Virus record (IMG/VR): IMGVR_UViG_3300048588_000114 | Location: 15,309 to 79,308 of that record | Direction: 5' to 3' (one strand) | Length of the DNA stretch: 64,000 bases | Source: a virus | Taxonomy: Duplodnaviria; Heunggongvirae; Uroviricota; Caudoviricetes | In this document: positions 9,248 to 18,772 of the stretch, piece by piece | How the letters are laid out: each line of letters starts with the position of its first letter | Numbering within the stretch: position 1 is the stretch's first letter | The notes under the pieces: model-generated | Seen by the model: the letters and a program-made list of their open reading frames with translations, nothing else | What the model was told of the DNA's origin: nothing | Databases searched by the model: none | Translations under genes and position numbers: made by a program

Positions 9248-10324
9248 ATGACAACAGTAAATCCAAAATCGAAAAACACCGACAAGTCACTACCTAACTA
9301 CCCTTCAGGAACTCCTGTAGCCTTATTAATAGATGGAACAGAAGTTCAAGGGGAATTCTCTCACTGGACTAAACTCAACGAAGCATATATCAAAGCAAAC
9401 GGAACCAACTGGTGGAGAAAACCAGCTAAGTTTCGTGTATTAAGCACTGAAATGATGGCTCTCCAACAAGAACTTCACAACGCTAGAGAGAACGGCCAAG
9501 AACTTACAGAAGATGAGCATAATCAAATCATATCAGCACCTATCAACTTAGCCCCGGTAAAGACTTTTGATATCAACAAACGCTTTGAATTTTTAGGCTC
9601 TCTAACCAAAATGGTGTTACGTCAGGAGCAAGCCGCTTTAGTAGTGACTGGCGATGGTGGATTAGGTAAGACATTTGAAGTCCTAAAACAGTGCGATGCG
9701 ATGGGTCTTCGTAAATTAGGTTTGCCTGCAAACCCAGAAGATATGGATGATGCGGAATATACACCAAACGACATAGACGGTGATGGATACGATTATGTGG
9801 TGATCAAAGGCTATTCAACTCCTAAAGGTCTCTACCAAACTCTTTACACTCACCAAGACAAATTGATCATATTTGATGACTGCGACAGTGTTTTAATGGA
9901 TATGCAAGCAGTGAATATCCTTAAAGGTGCCCTGGATTCCTACGGACAAAGGGTGATTAGCTGGATATCAACAGTGCCAATGGAAGGTCTGCCTAACAGT
10001 TTTGAGTTCTTTGGCCGGGTGATCTTTATCTCTAACCGCAAGCGCACTCAAATCCCTCAGCCGATGATTAGCCGTGCTACTTCAATCGACGTATCAATGA
10101 CCGCTGACGAGAAGATCAATAGAATGAAGCATATCCTTGCTGACGTAAGGCCTGATCTGGACATGGATTTAAAAACAGAGTGTCTTGACATCCTTGAGAA
10201 ATACAAGCACTCAGCTAAAGACTTAAACGTGCGCACCCTCCTGAAAGTGATTAACATCAAAACCAGTAAGGTAGTGGCCGAAGCAGAACAGACTGAACTG
10301 GCTGAATACATGGTTCTCTCTTGA
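9248..10324 (+). CDS. P-loop NTPase (AAA/DnaA-like ATPase; possible replication initiation or helicase-loading factor)
   Basis: Walker A VVTGDGGLGKTFEV and Walker B KLIIFDDCDSV. ATG 9248 follows promoter; the upstream part of ORF 9173 is promoter sequence. Confidence 0.65.
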   Translation: MTTVNPKSKNTDKSLPNYPSGTPVALLIDGTEVQGEFSHWTKLNEAYIKANGTNWWRKPAKFRVLSTEMMALQQELHNARENGQELTEDEHNQIISAPINLAPVKTFDINKRFEFLGSLTKMVLRQEQAALVVTGDGGLGKTFEVLKQCDAMGLRKLGLPANPEDMDDAEYTPNDIDGDGYDYVVIKGYSTPKGLYQTLYTHQDKLIIFDDCDSVLMDMQAVNILKGALDSYGQRVISWISTVPMEGLPNSFEFFGRVIFISNRKRTQIPQPMISRATSIDVSMTADEKINRMKHILADVRPDLDMDLKTECLDILEKYKHSAKDLNVRTLLKVINIKTSKVVAEAEQTELAEYMVLS

Positions 10325-10353
10325 TAAGAGGTTGTTTTGAGGAGCCAAATCGA

Positions 10354-10386
10354 AGCCCCGCCCTAATCCGGCGGGGTTTTCTTTTG
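10354..10386 (+). terminator. rho-independent terminator
   Basis: CCCCGCC-CTAATCC-GGCGGGG hairpin followed by TTTTCTTTTG. Confidence 0.65.
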
Positions 10387-10765
10387 CCCTTAATCGTTCC
10401 CCCGGAGGGAAAGAGACCCGGTTGAGGCAAATCTAAATACAACCCCGATAAACACTCAAATAAGCCCTATAAGCAACGTTCAACCCTCAGCCCAATACAA
10501 AGTCCATCCGTTCACCCGCCAACCTAAAAATCACCTTAAAACAAAGATTTAGTGTTGGGAACATCAAACATATGAATCAATCTAACTTAAAACTGTCCAA
10601 GCCCACCGAAGAGCCGAAGAACTCAACCTCAAGAATACGACCCAGACCCCGGAGATAAGGGAAGGTAAGACCACTAACACCCCTGAGCAGTTATAGGCTA
10701 CTAAGAGACACCCTTGAGTGAACAATGTTATATAAGGTGTTTATGTACTCTAATGAATCAAACAT

Positions 10766-12106
10766 ATGAAGAAAGAGAACCTCGATAAGATAAGGGCTGC
10801 ACAACGGAAGGCCGCTGAACAAAATGCCAAAAAGAGGCTGGGCGATGATGATGCGTTCGATGAAATTCCCGCCGGGTCTAAGGTGAAGCTGCAAGATATG
10901 TCCAGAAGAAAGGGCATCGGGTCTGAGGACTTAGACGCTGAGATGGTTGGCGTGAAAGACAAGGAAGCATATCAGAAGTGGCGCCGGATGAAGAACCTAC
11001 CAATACTAAATGAAGGGATGATCATTCCGACCTCTGACGGTGGATCAGCGAATATGGGCTGGCTTCCTCACTACTTTGAGAAGCGTACACTCCACTTACC
11101 CCAGGCTGAACAGGATGCGCTGAATGTAAAGAGAGAAATATACAACAAAATACACCTTCAGGCGGTGTTCTTGAAGCATAAGGCTTATGGGACTAATCCG
11201 GTGAAGAAAGCGCAGGAGCGGGCTTCCGGGAGGGCTAAGGAGTTGGGGTTCTTAAAGGCAAAGAAGGCACAACTGATTGAGTTATTCGGCAAAATGTTCT
11301 CCGTGGATGAGATTCACAAGATAATCGTGGAGGAGTGGAACTTCCCAATAGCCAAGGCAGACATTATAGACTTCAAGATGAACAACTTGTCTGTTATCTC
11401 AGAGAAACAAGAGATACACAAGCGTGAGCACTCTGACCTTAGGCTAGTTCATAAGCGTTCACGGTTGGAAGAACTAACGTATCTATATAACCGCTTGAAT
11501 GATAAGATTAAAGTCACTACTAACCGGGAAGATATACGGGTGATGACCTCTATACTGGTCGAGATACGTAGAGAGATAGAGGGTGAGAAGGTAACTATTA
11601 ATGGTAAGCTGGACGTGAACATAGAAGCCGACATCAATACCCACCTTCAGAAAGAAGTGTTCAAGGAGTTCAGCTTAGTACAGATCATTATGGGGCGTGT
11701 TGCTTCACGGATGAGAACCCCGGTGTATAGGATTATACAAGGATTACAGAACTCATATTATGCCCGGTACAACCGTTTCTTAGGTAATGAGCCGGAAGAC
11801 GTTGATTGGGAAGAGATAGAACACCCATCCCAGATGGGGTTTGACTTCGAGAAGATCGCTGCTCAGTACCGGGAGAAAGAGGTGCGCTACGCAAATGAAT
11901 TAACTGCCCATAAGGCAAAAGAGGCCGAAATCCAGACCAGAGTGGCCTCAAGCGGTATAAAGGAAATGTTGATGGCCCGGATTGCTGAAAAGACTGGCGA
12001 TGTTAAGGCTCAAAAGTTACAAGTAAATGTGTTGGAGTTAGAGAAGAAGAAGGCAGAGGCATCTGATAAGTCCGGGCTAAGGACTAAGCGACCTGATCAA
12101 GGTTAG
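10766..12106 (+). CDS. hypothetical charged, coiled-coil-rich protein
   Basis: 446 aa ORF after a 440 bp non-coding region. Confidence 0.55.
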   Translation: MKKENLDKIRAAQRKAAEQNAKKRLGDDDAFDEIPAGSKVKLQDMSRRKGIGSEDLDAEMVGVKDKEAYQKWRRMKNLPILNEGMIIPTSDGGSANMGWLPHYFEKRTLHLPQAEQDALNVKREIYNKIHLQAVFLKHKAYGTNPVKKAQERASGRAKELGFLKAKKAQLIELFGKMFSVDEIHKIIVEEWNFPIAKADIIDFKMNNLSVISEKQEIHKREHSDLRLVHKRSRLEELTYLYNRLNDKIKVTTNREDIRVMTSILVEIRREIEGEKVTINGKLDVNIEADINTHLQKEVFKEFSLVQIIMGRVASRMRTPVYRIIQGLQNSYYARYNRFLGNEPEDVDWEEIEHPSQMGFDFEKIAAQYREKEVRYANELTAHKAKEAEIQTRVASSGIKEMLMARIAEKTGDVKAQKLQVNVLELEKKKAEASDKSGLRTKRPDQG

Positions 12107-12113
12107 TAATACT

Positions 12114-12380
12114 ATGGCCAAAATAAAAATTAATAATGAAGACAAATATGTCTTTAGGCGCTATCTAAGTGAAAATCCACATCATTATGAAGATATTGAG
12201 ATGGATGGTAGAACAGTTGCCGCTCTTGCTCAATCCTATCTTTCAGTGAAGAATAAAGATACCAAGTATGTGAAGTTCACCGATGGTGCTGTAATATCTA
12301 ATGATTTATTTGATCAGAAGATATTAGGCCGTCCAGAGCTAATCAAATCAACAGAAGAAATCCCATTAGGTCACGCCTAG
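12114..12380 (+). CDS. hypothetical protein
   Basis: 88 aa ORF. Confidence 0.45.
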   Translation: MAKIKINNEDKYVFRRYLSENPHHYEDIEMDGRTVAALAQSYLSVKNKDTKYVKFTDGAVISNDLFDQKILGRPELIKSTEEIPLGHA

Positions 12381-12395
12381 ACTAATAATACTATA

Positions 12396-12815
12396 ATGGT
12401 AAACTATCTAATCAACGTAACAGTAGAGGGAGACAGTGATACTTGGTCAAAGGAACGGTATAGCCGTGATCAATCCAAGGGCACCTCTAAGATGAATGTC
12501 GCCTATCTAAAGAAAGTAGTGTTTGCGATAGAGGACGCATTAGCTCAAGCTAAATCAGATCTAAGTGGGGCAATACATATCAGTGGGGATATCAAGAATA
12601 TGAACCGCCGGGAGTTTAATCACTATAAATCAGTATGGATTGAGGCTAACAAAGACCTAATCAAGAGCATTGTTGATAATGATTATGGACGCACCGACCC
12701 TAAGGGAAAGGAGCTAATCACTAAGGCTCGAAAGGAATTAGGCTACTGTGATGGATATGTTGATCAAGACCTCTTCCGCTCATTAGTTAATACCTATAAA
12801 AGACACCATCCATAG
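12396..12815 (+). CDS. hypothetical protein
   Basis: 139 aa ORF. Confidence 0.5.
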   Translation: MVNYLINVTVEGDSDTWSKERYSRDQSKGTSKMNVAYLKKVVFAIEDALAQAKSDLSGAIHISGDIKNMNRREFNHYKSVWIEANKDLIKSIVDNDYGRTDPKGKELITKARKELGYCDGYVDQDLFRSLVNTYKRHHP

Positions 12816-12897
12816 TCATGAGACACCTACCGGCACGCCATTGGGCGCTAATCATATTAATCGTCATCGCTTTAATTATAGTCTTAACCTAACAGTC

Positions 12898-13254
12898 ATG
12901 GACTTCCACTCAGAGAGAAGAATGGCTGAGGAGATAGGCCGACTAATCAAGTTCACCTCTACGCCTGACTTCCAATACTTTGCCCAGCGTTTACCTAAGC
13001 TAACACTAAGAACTGATATGAATGATATAGAAGACAAAGTCTACGCCCTAATGCAGCAATTCATCAAGCCATCAGTGTTGGTGATTTCTAATGATCTACT
13101 CAGTAAGATACTGGATAGAATGCACATCCCGCCACATATAGCCGTTGAATCTAAAGAAGGCTGGGACACTCTCAATGTTGGTGGTCATAAGCTAGAGATA
13201 GTCAGGACATACAGAAGTAATGTCTGTGAAGTCTACGGTAAAGATCGCTTGTAA
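12898..13254 (+). CDS. hypothetical protein
   Basis: ORF 12841-13254; ATG at 12898 (MDFHSERR) is the likely start. Confidence 0.45.
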   Translation: MDFHSERRMAEEIGRLIKFTSTPDFQYFAQRLPKLTLRTDMNDIEDKVYALMQQFIKPSVLVISNDLLSKILDRMHIPPHIAVESKEGWDTLNVGGHKLEIVRTYRSNVCEVYGKDRL

Positions 13255-13469
13255 TGTTTAGCCGCTTTGTATATTGGCTCCTCTCTATCACGAGAGAAAA
13301 GACACCTGCTGGATATTCAGAAGAATCCACCTCAATGATTACCCATCCTAATGATCGATGCTTTAACTGTGGCCGTGAAGGCAAGCAGACTAGCCTAATC
13401 AATGGCCGCTCCTACTGCTGTCGTAGATGTAACGTTTGGTGGATCAATCCGGCTCCAAGTCAGAGTTAG
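13254..13469 (+). CDS. small C4 zinc-ribbon protein
   Basis: CFNCG ... CCRRCN cysteine pairs in 71 aa. Confidence 0.4.
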   Translation: MFSRFVYWLLSITREKTPAGYSEESTSMITHPNDRCFNCGREGKQTSLINGRSYCCRRCNVWWINPAPSQS

Positions 13470-13491
13470 TAAAAGCCTAATATTAAATCAA

Positions 13492-14337
13492 ATGGAAGAA
13501 AACAGATTAATCGGGAACAAGGCCGTAGTGATGGACTTGACTACACTGGAGACACCGGATGAAAGTTTCTGTATGGTGTTATTCAAGCTATTAATGCCTG
13601 TGCCTAATGAGGCAGAGCTAAGAGAGTTCTATATGGGCACGACACGTAGAATATCTAAGCATATGGGAAGGATTGATGAGTTCCGGGTCTTCACTTCAGA
13701 GGAGATGACTAAGCAAAAGCAACGTGAGATAGAGCATGGGGTGGAATGGCTTAACCGCAAACTAAACAAGGCTCTAAAGGAAGGCATAGCTGATCATAAC
13801 AAGCCGGAAGAAAAATGGGCTGATTTGATTATCCCATTAGATAAGGAACGCTACTCAGAGATTAAAGTGGTTGAGTGGAACACTGAAGATACCAGCTATG
13901 TTACTAAGGCCAAGGAAGTGTATCAAGATCGTACAGAAGCTCAGCAAGCCATATTGGATATTGAGAACAGCAGAGCTATGAAGATGATTCAGAATGAGCG
14001 TAGAGAGCAAGTGATGAAACATGGGTTCACCATTGAGAAGGACAGGGAACTCTATAAGAACGGTGAGTTGGTGATGGTGGCTAACGCCTTGATCAATAAG
14101 GACATCACCAGCTGGCCTAAGGGAGCGATGGAGATGAGGTGGTGGTGGAAGTTCATGGAGAAGTCCCGGATAGATCAATACAAGATCGCAGGGGCATTGT
14201 TGATGGCTGAGGAAGAGAGATTAGTGGCGTTCAACAAATATGAGCGGGACATCGAGGCAGTGGCTAAGGCGATGGAGAGCCTAATCAGGGATACACCTAA
14301 GCCTAATGAAGAAGCAGGGCAGTCCGGTCACGCTTAA
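13492..14337 (+). CDS. hypothetical charged protein
   Basis: ORF 13402-14337; ATG at 13492 (MEENRLIG) is the likely start after the zinc-ribbon gene. Confidence 0.55.
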   Translation: MEENRLIGNKAVVMDLTTLETPDESFCMVLFKLLMPVPNEAELREFYMGTTRRISKHMGRIDEFRVFTSEEMTKQKQREIEHGVEWLNRKLNKALKEGIADHNKPEEKWADLIIPLDKERYSEIKVVEWNTEDTSYVTKAKEVYQDRTEAQQAILDIENSRAMKMIQNERREQVMKHGFTIEKDRELYKNGELVMVANALINKDITSWPKGAMEMRWWWKFMEKSRIDQYKIAGALLMAEEERLVAFNKYERDIEAVAKAMESLIRDTPKPNEEAGQSGHA

Positions 14338-14363
14338 TAACTATTAAATCTAAAACATATATC

Positions 14364-14726
14364 ATGAAAACAAATGTAACAGCAACGGCCATGAACTTTG
14401 GCCAAGCGTTAGAGACGCTAAACTTAGGAGGCTTAGTAGCCCGTGAAGGTTGGAACGGTAAAGGGATGTGGTTGAAGAAAATCAACAACTACGAGGTCAA
14501 CGAAGACTTAGGCCCAGTATGGGGTGAGAAGAAAGATGGGGACAATGTTGTAAACAATGGAGAAAACCCGCTCCTACCGTGGATAGGAATGAAGACAGCA
14601 GACAACAAGTTTGTACCGTGGTTAGCCTCTCAAACAGACATACTGGCTAATGATTGGTGTCAGGTGGAACTCGTGAAGCCAATGGGAGACAAGGTTCCCG
14701 ATGATCACAAGACAAACAAAGACTAA
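14364..14726 (+). CDS. DUF2829-domain protein (Tad2-like candidate anti-Thoeris signal sponge)
   Basis: N-terminus MNFGQALETLNLGGLVAREGWNGKGMWL matches the DUF2829 hallmark (FGEALEALKxGKKVxRxGWNGKGM). 120 aa, typical size. Confidence 0.6.
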   Translation: MKTNVTATAMNFGQALETLNLGGLVAREGWNGKGMWLKKINNYEVNEDLGPVWGEKKDGDNVVNNGENPLLPWIGMKTADNKFVPWLASQTDILANDWCQVELVKPMGDKVPDDHKTNKD

Positions 14727-14733
14727 TTAGCCA

Positions 14734-15099
14734 ATGATGAAGCAAAAGAATAACATCCGTATGAGAGTACAGGGAGCAGAGGAGCCAGCCGCTGACTTCG
14801 CCAAGAGATTAGAGAAGGATTGTGATGCGTTGGCTAAGGAACTCAATGCCGTCACCCCGCCTATCTGTGTAATGACTGCTTCTTCGTCCGGTAGGATGAC
14901 AGCAACCATTCAGATCATCACTAACGTGGATGACGATAGAGAAGAGGCTGTTTTCAATGGCTTTGAGCTTCAGATGGCCTACGAACTATACAAAGACCAG
15001 CCTGACTATAATCCAGCAGCACCCTTGGATGGCTATAATGACTGGCTTATCAGGCTCAAAAGAAAAGATTTGAACCCGGAGAAGTCAGGTAAAGACTAA
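14734..15099 (+). CDS. hypothetical protein
   Basis: 121 aa ORF followed by two tandem terminator hairpins. Confidence 0.5.
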   Translation: MMKQKNNIRMRVQGAEEPAADFAKRLEKDCDALAKELNAVTPPICVMTASSSGRMTATIQIITNVDDDREEAVFNGFELQMAYELYKDQPDYNPAAPLDGYNDWLIRLKRKDLNPEKSGKD

Positions 15100-15136
15100 A
15101 CGATACTGCGATGAGCTGAGTAGCAGCAGTTGAGAA

Positions 15137-15175
15137 AACCCCCGGTGACCGCAACGAACCGGGGTTTTTCTTTTA
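15137..15175 (+). terminator. rho-independent terminator
   Basis: AAAACCCCCGGT-loop-ACCGGGGTTTTT. Confidence 0.65.
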
Positions 15176-15198
15176 ACAGCGTTTATGAGAGTTCTAAG

Positions 15199-15266
15199 AG
15201 GGGCGGTGTTTTGGGTAGCCGCTCCCCCTAACCAGCCCCCGTTTTGACCAGCGGGGGTTTCTTTTT
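15199..15266 (+). terminator. second tandem terminator hairpin(s)
   Basis: GGGGCGG...CCGCTCCCC and CCCCCG...CGGGGG hairpins followed by TTTCTTTTT. Confidence 0.5.
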
Positions 15267-15288
15267 AGCTAAAACAGCGTTAATTTAG
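15258..15288 (+). promoter_or_regulatory. putative promoter (-7 TAATTTAG) with paired TTAGCTAA palindromes
   Basis: TTTTTAGCTAAAACAGCGTTAATTTAGCTAAAC lies 15 nt before ATG 15303. Confidence 0.35.
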
Positions 15289-15302
15289 CTAAACAATAAA
15301 TC

Positions 15303-15536
15303 ATGGCGAAGTCAAATCTAATTATCAAGGAAATCAAATCATCCACTGGAACTGACGAATCTTCTACATTGAAGCTAATTGCCGATACCCAGAGTGGTAA
15401 GACTTTCATAGAGGTCACTAAGACAATTAGAGAATGTTACCCATTGACTGAGTATGACAAAGCTGATCAACTCTATGAAGACCTCAACCGGGGTGGAGGC
15501 AGGAAGGTAGTAAAACTAAAGGATTTAACCAAATAA
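15303..15536 (+). CDS. hypothetical protein
   Basis: 77 aa ORF. Confidence 0.45.
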   Translation: MAKSNLIIKEIKSSTGTDESSTLKLIADTQSGKTFIEVTKTIRECYPLTEYDKADQLYEDLNRGGGRKVVKLKDLTK

Positions 15537-15548
15537 TCAACAATAACA

Positions 15549-16079
15549 ATGGAGACAAAAGAAAACAAGCCTAAGATAGGCAAATTTACGTGTTTCGTTG
15601 ATGTCGATACCGATGTCAGCCCAGAGGCACTAAAGAGAGCAACACCACACATCCACAGAGGTGTTCAATTCAAAGAAGAAGACCGGGATGCTATTCAGCG
15701 GCTCTTTAGTCACTGTCCTATCCCGACAGACTTTGAAGAGAACGGAGACTGGCTGTTTGAAACAATGACTGATGGTAAGTATCACTACGTCATAGTGTCC
15801 GACAAGGATGTAAAGGAGAAGTACAAGGGTTTCGATGCGTCCGGTGTACTTGGCTGTGGGCCAGGCAGTGAGAGGTTTGCCGTACCTACCAAAGATCAGG
15901 TAATGGAGTGTATGAAGGGCAGTAAATCAGAAGCAGAATGGAATGAGAACTGCGATAAGGTGAAGAAAGCCCACGGTGGCCAATACCCTGACTATTGGTA
16001 TGAGACTTTCATCCAGTCAGGCCTAATCAATGAGATACTTGGCCCCGGCTCTGACGAAATTAAAATCAAGAAAGGGTAG
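15549..16079 (+). CDS. hypothetical protein
   Basis: 176 aa ORF. Confidence 0.55.
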   Translation: METKENKPKIGKFTCFVDVDTDVSPEALKRATPHIHRGVQFKEEDRDAIQRLFSHCPIPTDFEENGDWLFETMTDGKYHYVIVSDKDVKEKYKGFDASGVLGCGPGSERFAVPTKDQVMECMKGSKSEAEWNENCDKVKKAHGGQYPDYWYETFIQSGLINEILGPGSDEIKIKKG

Positions 16080-16084
16080 GAATC

Positions 16085-16867
16085 ATGGATATAGGACATC
16101 TCGATAAAGCAGAGGTATTAGCTGCCCTCTATAATGCGGCAAAGATTCAAGGCGGTGGAGCCTTTCACGCTAAAGGTGATCTAATGCCAGTTGATCAGGC
16201 CCAACGAATACTGGATGAGAGCAAAGACAAGTATTTTGACTATCTGTTCGGACGGGTGATGAAAGTGGACTTATCTCAGGACAAAGTAGACCCGTGGCTG
16301 TATAACAGGGACAACGGGGAACACGCCTTTGAGAAAGCTATCCAGCACCTAATGCCTAAGACAGCTGGTAAGACCGGGTTAGCGATGATTCTATTGCTGA
16401 TTAGTTTGATATTCTCAAGTTGCTCTGAGAACTACTCTAACGGCAACCGGGTAGGAACAATCACCCGGTTCTCCAAGCAAGGTCATATGTGTAAGAGTTG
16501 GGAAGGCCACTTAAACGTCACCCAGACTGGAATGAACAGCGGTGGGCAGTTTGAGTTCTCTATCGACAACGACAATGAAGATGAGGGTGTTATTGCTTCG
16601 TTAGATAGCGCCCTACAAAAGGGTTGGATTGTTGACGTTACATATCACGAGGTAGCCGGGCTCAATTGGTTAAACAACCGGGGGGAAACTGATTATTTCG
16701 TAACGGGCGTCAAGGTCTTGGAGCGAGACCCTACTGGATTACATCAGCGTCAGCAGTCAACCGTATCAGCGCCCAATGAATTAGATAATAAGGACTATTA
16801 TACACTGCCCATATTAGACGGTGTATACGTGGATAGTATAATTGTTGTGTATCGTAAAAGACGTTAG
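16085..16867 (+). CDS. hypothetical protein containing an internal, in-frame lipoprotein-type signal (possible nested lipoprotein from ATG ~16385)
   Basis: 260 aa ORF. Residues 101-117 MILLLISLIFSSCSEN look like a signal peptide plus lipobox; the N-terminal 100 aa are hydrophilic. Confidence 0.55.
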   Translation: MDIGHLDKAEVLAALYNAAKIQGGGAFHAKGDLMPVDQAQRILDESKDKYFDYLFGRVMKVDLSQDKVDPWLYNRDNGEHAFEKAIQHLMPKTAGKTGLAMILLLISLIFSSCSENYSNGNRVGTITRFSKQGHMCKSWEGHLNVTQTGMNSGGQFEFSIDNDNEDEGVIASLDSALQKGWIVDVTYHEVAGLNWLNNRGETDYFVTGVKVLERDPTGLHQRQQSTVSAPNELDNKDYYTLPILDGVYVDSIIVVYRKRR

Positions 16868-16887
16868 CTAATTCAGAGTTTATTACC
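16864..16887 (+). repeat. 15-mer motif TTAGCTAATTCAGAG(TTTAT), copy 1
   Basis: Overlaps stop codon of the 16085 gene; repeated at 17004 and 28365. Confidence 0.5.
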
Positions 16888-16952
16888 ACATAAGGACAAC
16901 GCCTACTGCCCGCACCTGACGAGGTCAGCCTAAGCAGAGGGAATCCACTCAA

Positions 16953-17003
16953 AAGCCGCCGCCCGAAATACAAAAGGGAATTAATGGGCGGCTTTTTTTT
17001 TAT
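16953..17003 (+). terminator. rho-independent terminator
   Basis: GCCGCC ... GGCGGC stem followed by TTTTTTTTT. Confidence 0.6.
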
Positions 17004-17028
17004 TTAGCTAAATCAGAGTTTATCTTAG
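17004..17028 (+). promoter_or_regulatory. 15-mer motif copy 2 plus -7 box TATCTTAG
   Basis: TTAGCTAAATCAGAGTTTATCTTAG lies 30 nt upstream of ATG 17059. Confidence 0.45.
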
Positions 17029-17058
17029 CTAAAAGACACCATTAAAACCAAAATCATT

Positions 17059-17301
17059 ATGAAAAAAATGTTAATTATCTTCGGTTGTTTAGTAGTATTA
17101 CTATCTATCACCGTATTTGGAATGATCAAGATATTCAGTGACGAACAGGCTAAAGCTAAGGAAAAGATAGGCCATCGCTACGTATTAGGCAAAGACACTA
17201 TTTTGGTGATTGACTTCTCAACCATCAAGGACACCTACACAATCTACGGGGGACAAGAGGTGGCGCCTGAATTACTAAGTACATTAGTGGAGGTAAAGTA
17301 A
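17059..17301 (+). CDS. small secreted/membrane-anchored protein
   Basis: N-terminal hydrophobic MKKMLIIFGCLVVLLSITVFGMI. Confidence 0.45.
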   Translation: MKKMLIIFGCLVVLLSITVFGMIKIFSDEQAKAKEKIGHRYVLGKDTILVIDFSTIKDTYTIYGGQEVAPELLSTLVEVK

Positions 17302-17592
17302 ATGAAGAAGATATTCCAACCAACGGTAGTGGACTTCAATGAGCACCCACATAAAGCTAAGATATTGGCTTTGATTGGTAAGGAAGTCACTATTGAACCT
17401 AATCATGATCGTTCAAAGATTAAATATGGTAGGTATAAGGGCCAATACAGGTGGCAGATACTTGAAGTCCATAGGGACTACTATTGGTTCCCGTGTGAGG
17501 ACTTCAAAGATGTGTTAGTATTAACGGCTGAGGAAGAGAATAAAATGAACGTGATAATCAAGGAATCATTAGAATTACCAGTTGAAATCTAA
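17302..17592 (+). CDS. hypothetical protein
   Basis: 96 aa; start overlaps previous stop (TAAATG). Confidence 0.45.
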   Translation: MKKIFQPTVVDFNEHPHKAKILALIGKEVTIEPNHDRSKIKYGRYKGQYRWQILEVHRDYYWFPCEDFKDVLVLTAEEENKMNVIIKESLELPVEI

Positions 17593-17595
17593 ATT

Positions 17596-17820
17596 ATGGC
17601 TAAGAAACCATCACCACCAGAACGCTCCCAAGAGGAGAAGAACTACGGCTCAGTAGTTGTAGCCATGATGTCATTGAGTCAAATCAAATTAGATGGATTT
17701 ATTCACCCAGTAGAACTGGCTGATATGAAAACTAATTTAGCACATTGGGAGGCTAAGCTAAGGAAACACCTAAATGAGCAAGGAATCAAAACACCAAATA
17801 TAGAAAGACTATTGAAATGA
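17596..17820 (+). CDS. hypothetical protein
   Basis: 74 aa ORF. Confidence 0.4.
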   Translation: MAKKPSPPERSQEEKNYGSVVVAMMSLSQIKLDGFIHPVELADMKTNLAHWEAKLRKHLNEQGIKTPNIERLLK

Positions 17821-18032
17821 GGCAACGAATAAAAGCATTCTGGTTGAGATTCTGGCACTGTCTAATAATGACTGCCAGACAGCCCGGCGTTGACCACCGG
17901 ATGGAGACTAACGCCACCTACCGTGGCCCAATTAGGATTAAGACACATTATATTGGGTGCGCCTGTGGCAAGGTTTATTATGGTAGGAGAACGTGGGAGT
18001 TCTTTGATAAACACGATAAAAGCAGGAAATAA
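17817..18032 (+). CDS. hypothetical small protein
   Basis: 71 aa, ATGA overlap with upstream gene. Confidence 0.4.
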   Translation: MRQRIKAFWLRFWHCLIMTARQPGVDHRMETNATYRGPIRIKTHYIGCACGKVYYGRRTWEFFDKHDKSRK

Positions 18033-18235
18033 TGATCATTTGCGGTATAGATATAGCCAAGACCGATGCAGAGCAATGTGCTTTTGTAATAGCGAGAATC
18101 AAGGATGGAGTGATGGAGATAATAGATACCGATAGCTTTCCAGCCCCTAATACACCTGAAAGACGTGAGGCATATGAAGCAATGGTGGATAAGATCGTAC
18201 AGAGATTCCCTAATATCACTAAATTATATACATAA
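18032..18235 (+). CDS. hypothetical small protein
   Basis: 67 aa, ATGA overlap. Confidence 0.4.
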   Translation: MIICGIDIAKTDAEQCAFVIARIKDGVMEIIDTDSFPAPNTPERREAYEAMVDKIVQRFPNITKLYT

Positions 18236-18236
18236 C

Positions 18237-18770
18237 ATGGAAAATAAAACAGAAATAGTAAGTCTCTTCGCAACTGGCCTATTAGGCTTCACGATAGACT
18301 ATAAGACAGAGAAAGGCCACCCCGCTAAGGGAACAGTGGTAGACAAATACCGGGGCAGCACGGTAGGGGAATATGCTGTTGATTATTATTTAGTTGTAGA
18401 TAAAGATGGGATGGCTGATTGTATCCGACCATTTCAAGTTACTAAAGTCTACACTCAACCAATATTTATCAACAGCAAGCCAGAGCCTAAAGTAGTGAGT
18501 GATTGGTTGGACAGCAATACACCTGATAATCAAGATTGCTTTATATTAGAGATTGAGCATGGTGAGGATACATATGTATTAGAGATTGGCTGTAAGGCTG
18601 GATATTATTATGCAAAATTAAATAAATTCTTAGATAAAGCAGACAAGAGAAAGCAAGAAGAAAACATTCTCATACATGCTGATAGTGATCATCCAGATTG
18701 CACCATATCAAGCATAGAGGTATTGAAGAAACAAGCAACCTGGAAAGCTCTACAATTTCTAAAGAAATAG
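18237..18770 (+). CDS. hypothetical protein
   Basis: ORF 18165-18770; ATG 18237 (MENKTEIV) follows upstream stop. Confidence 0.55.
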   Translation: MENKTEIVSLFATGLLGFTIDYKTEKGHPAKGTVVDKYRGSTVGEYAVDYYLVVDKDGMADCIRPFQVTKVYTQPIFINSKPEPKVVSDWLDSNTPDNQDCFILEIEHGEDTYVLEIGCKAGYYYAKLNKFLDKADKRKQEENILIHADSDHPDCTISSIEVLKKQATWKALQFLKK

Positions 18771-18772
18771 TC

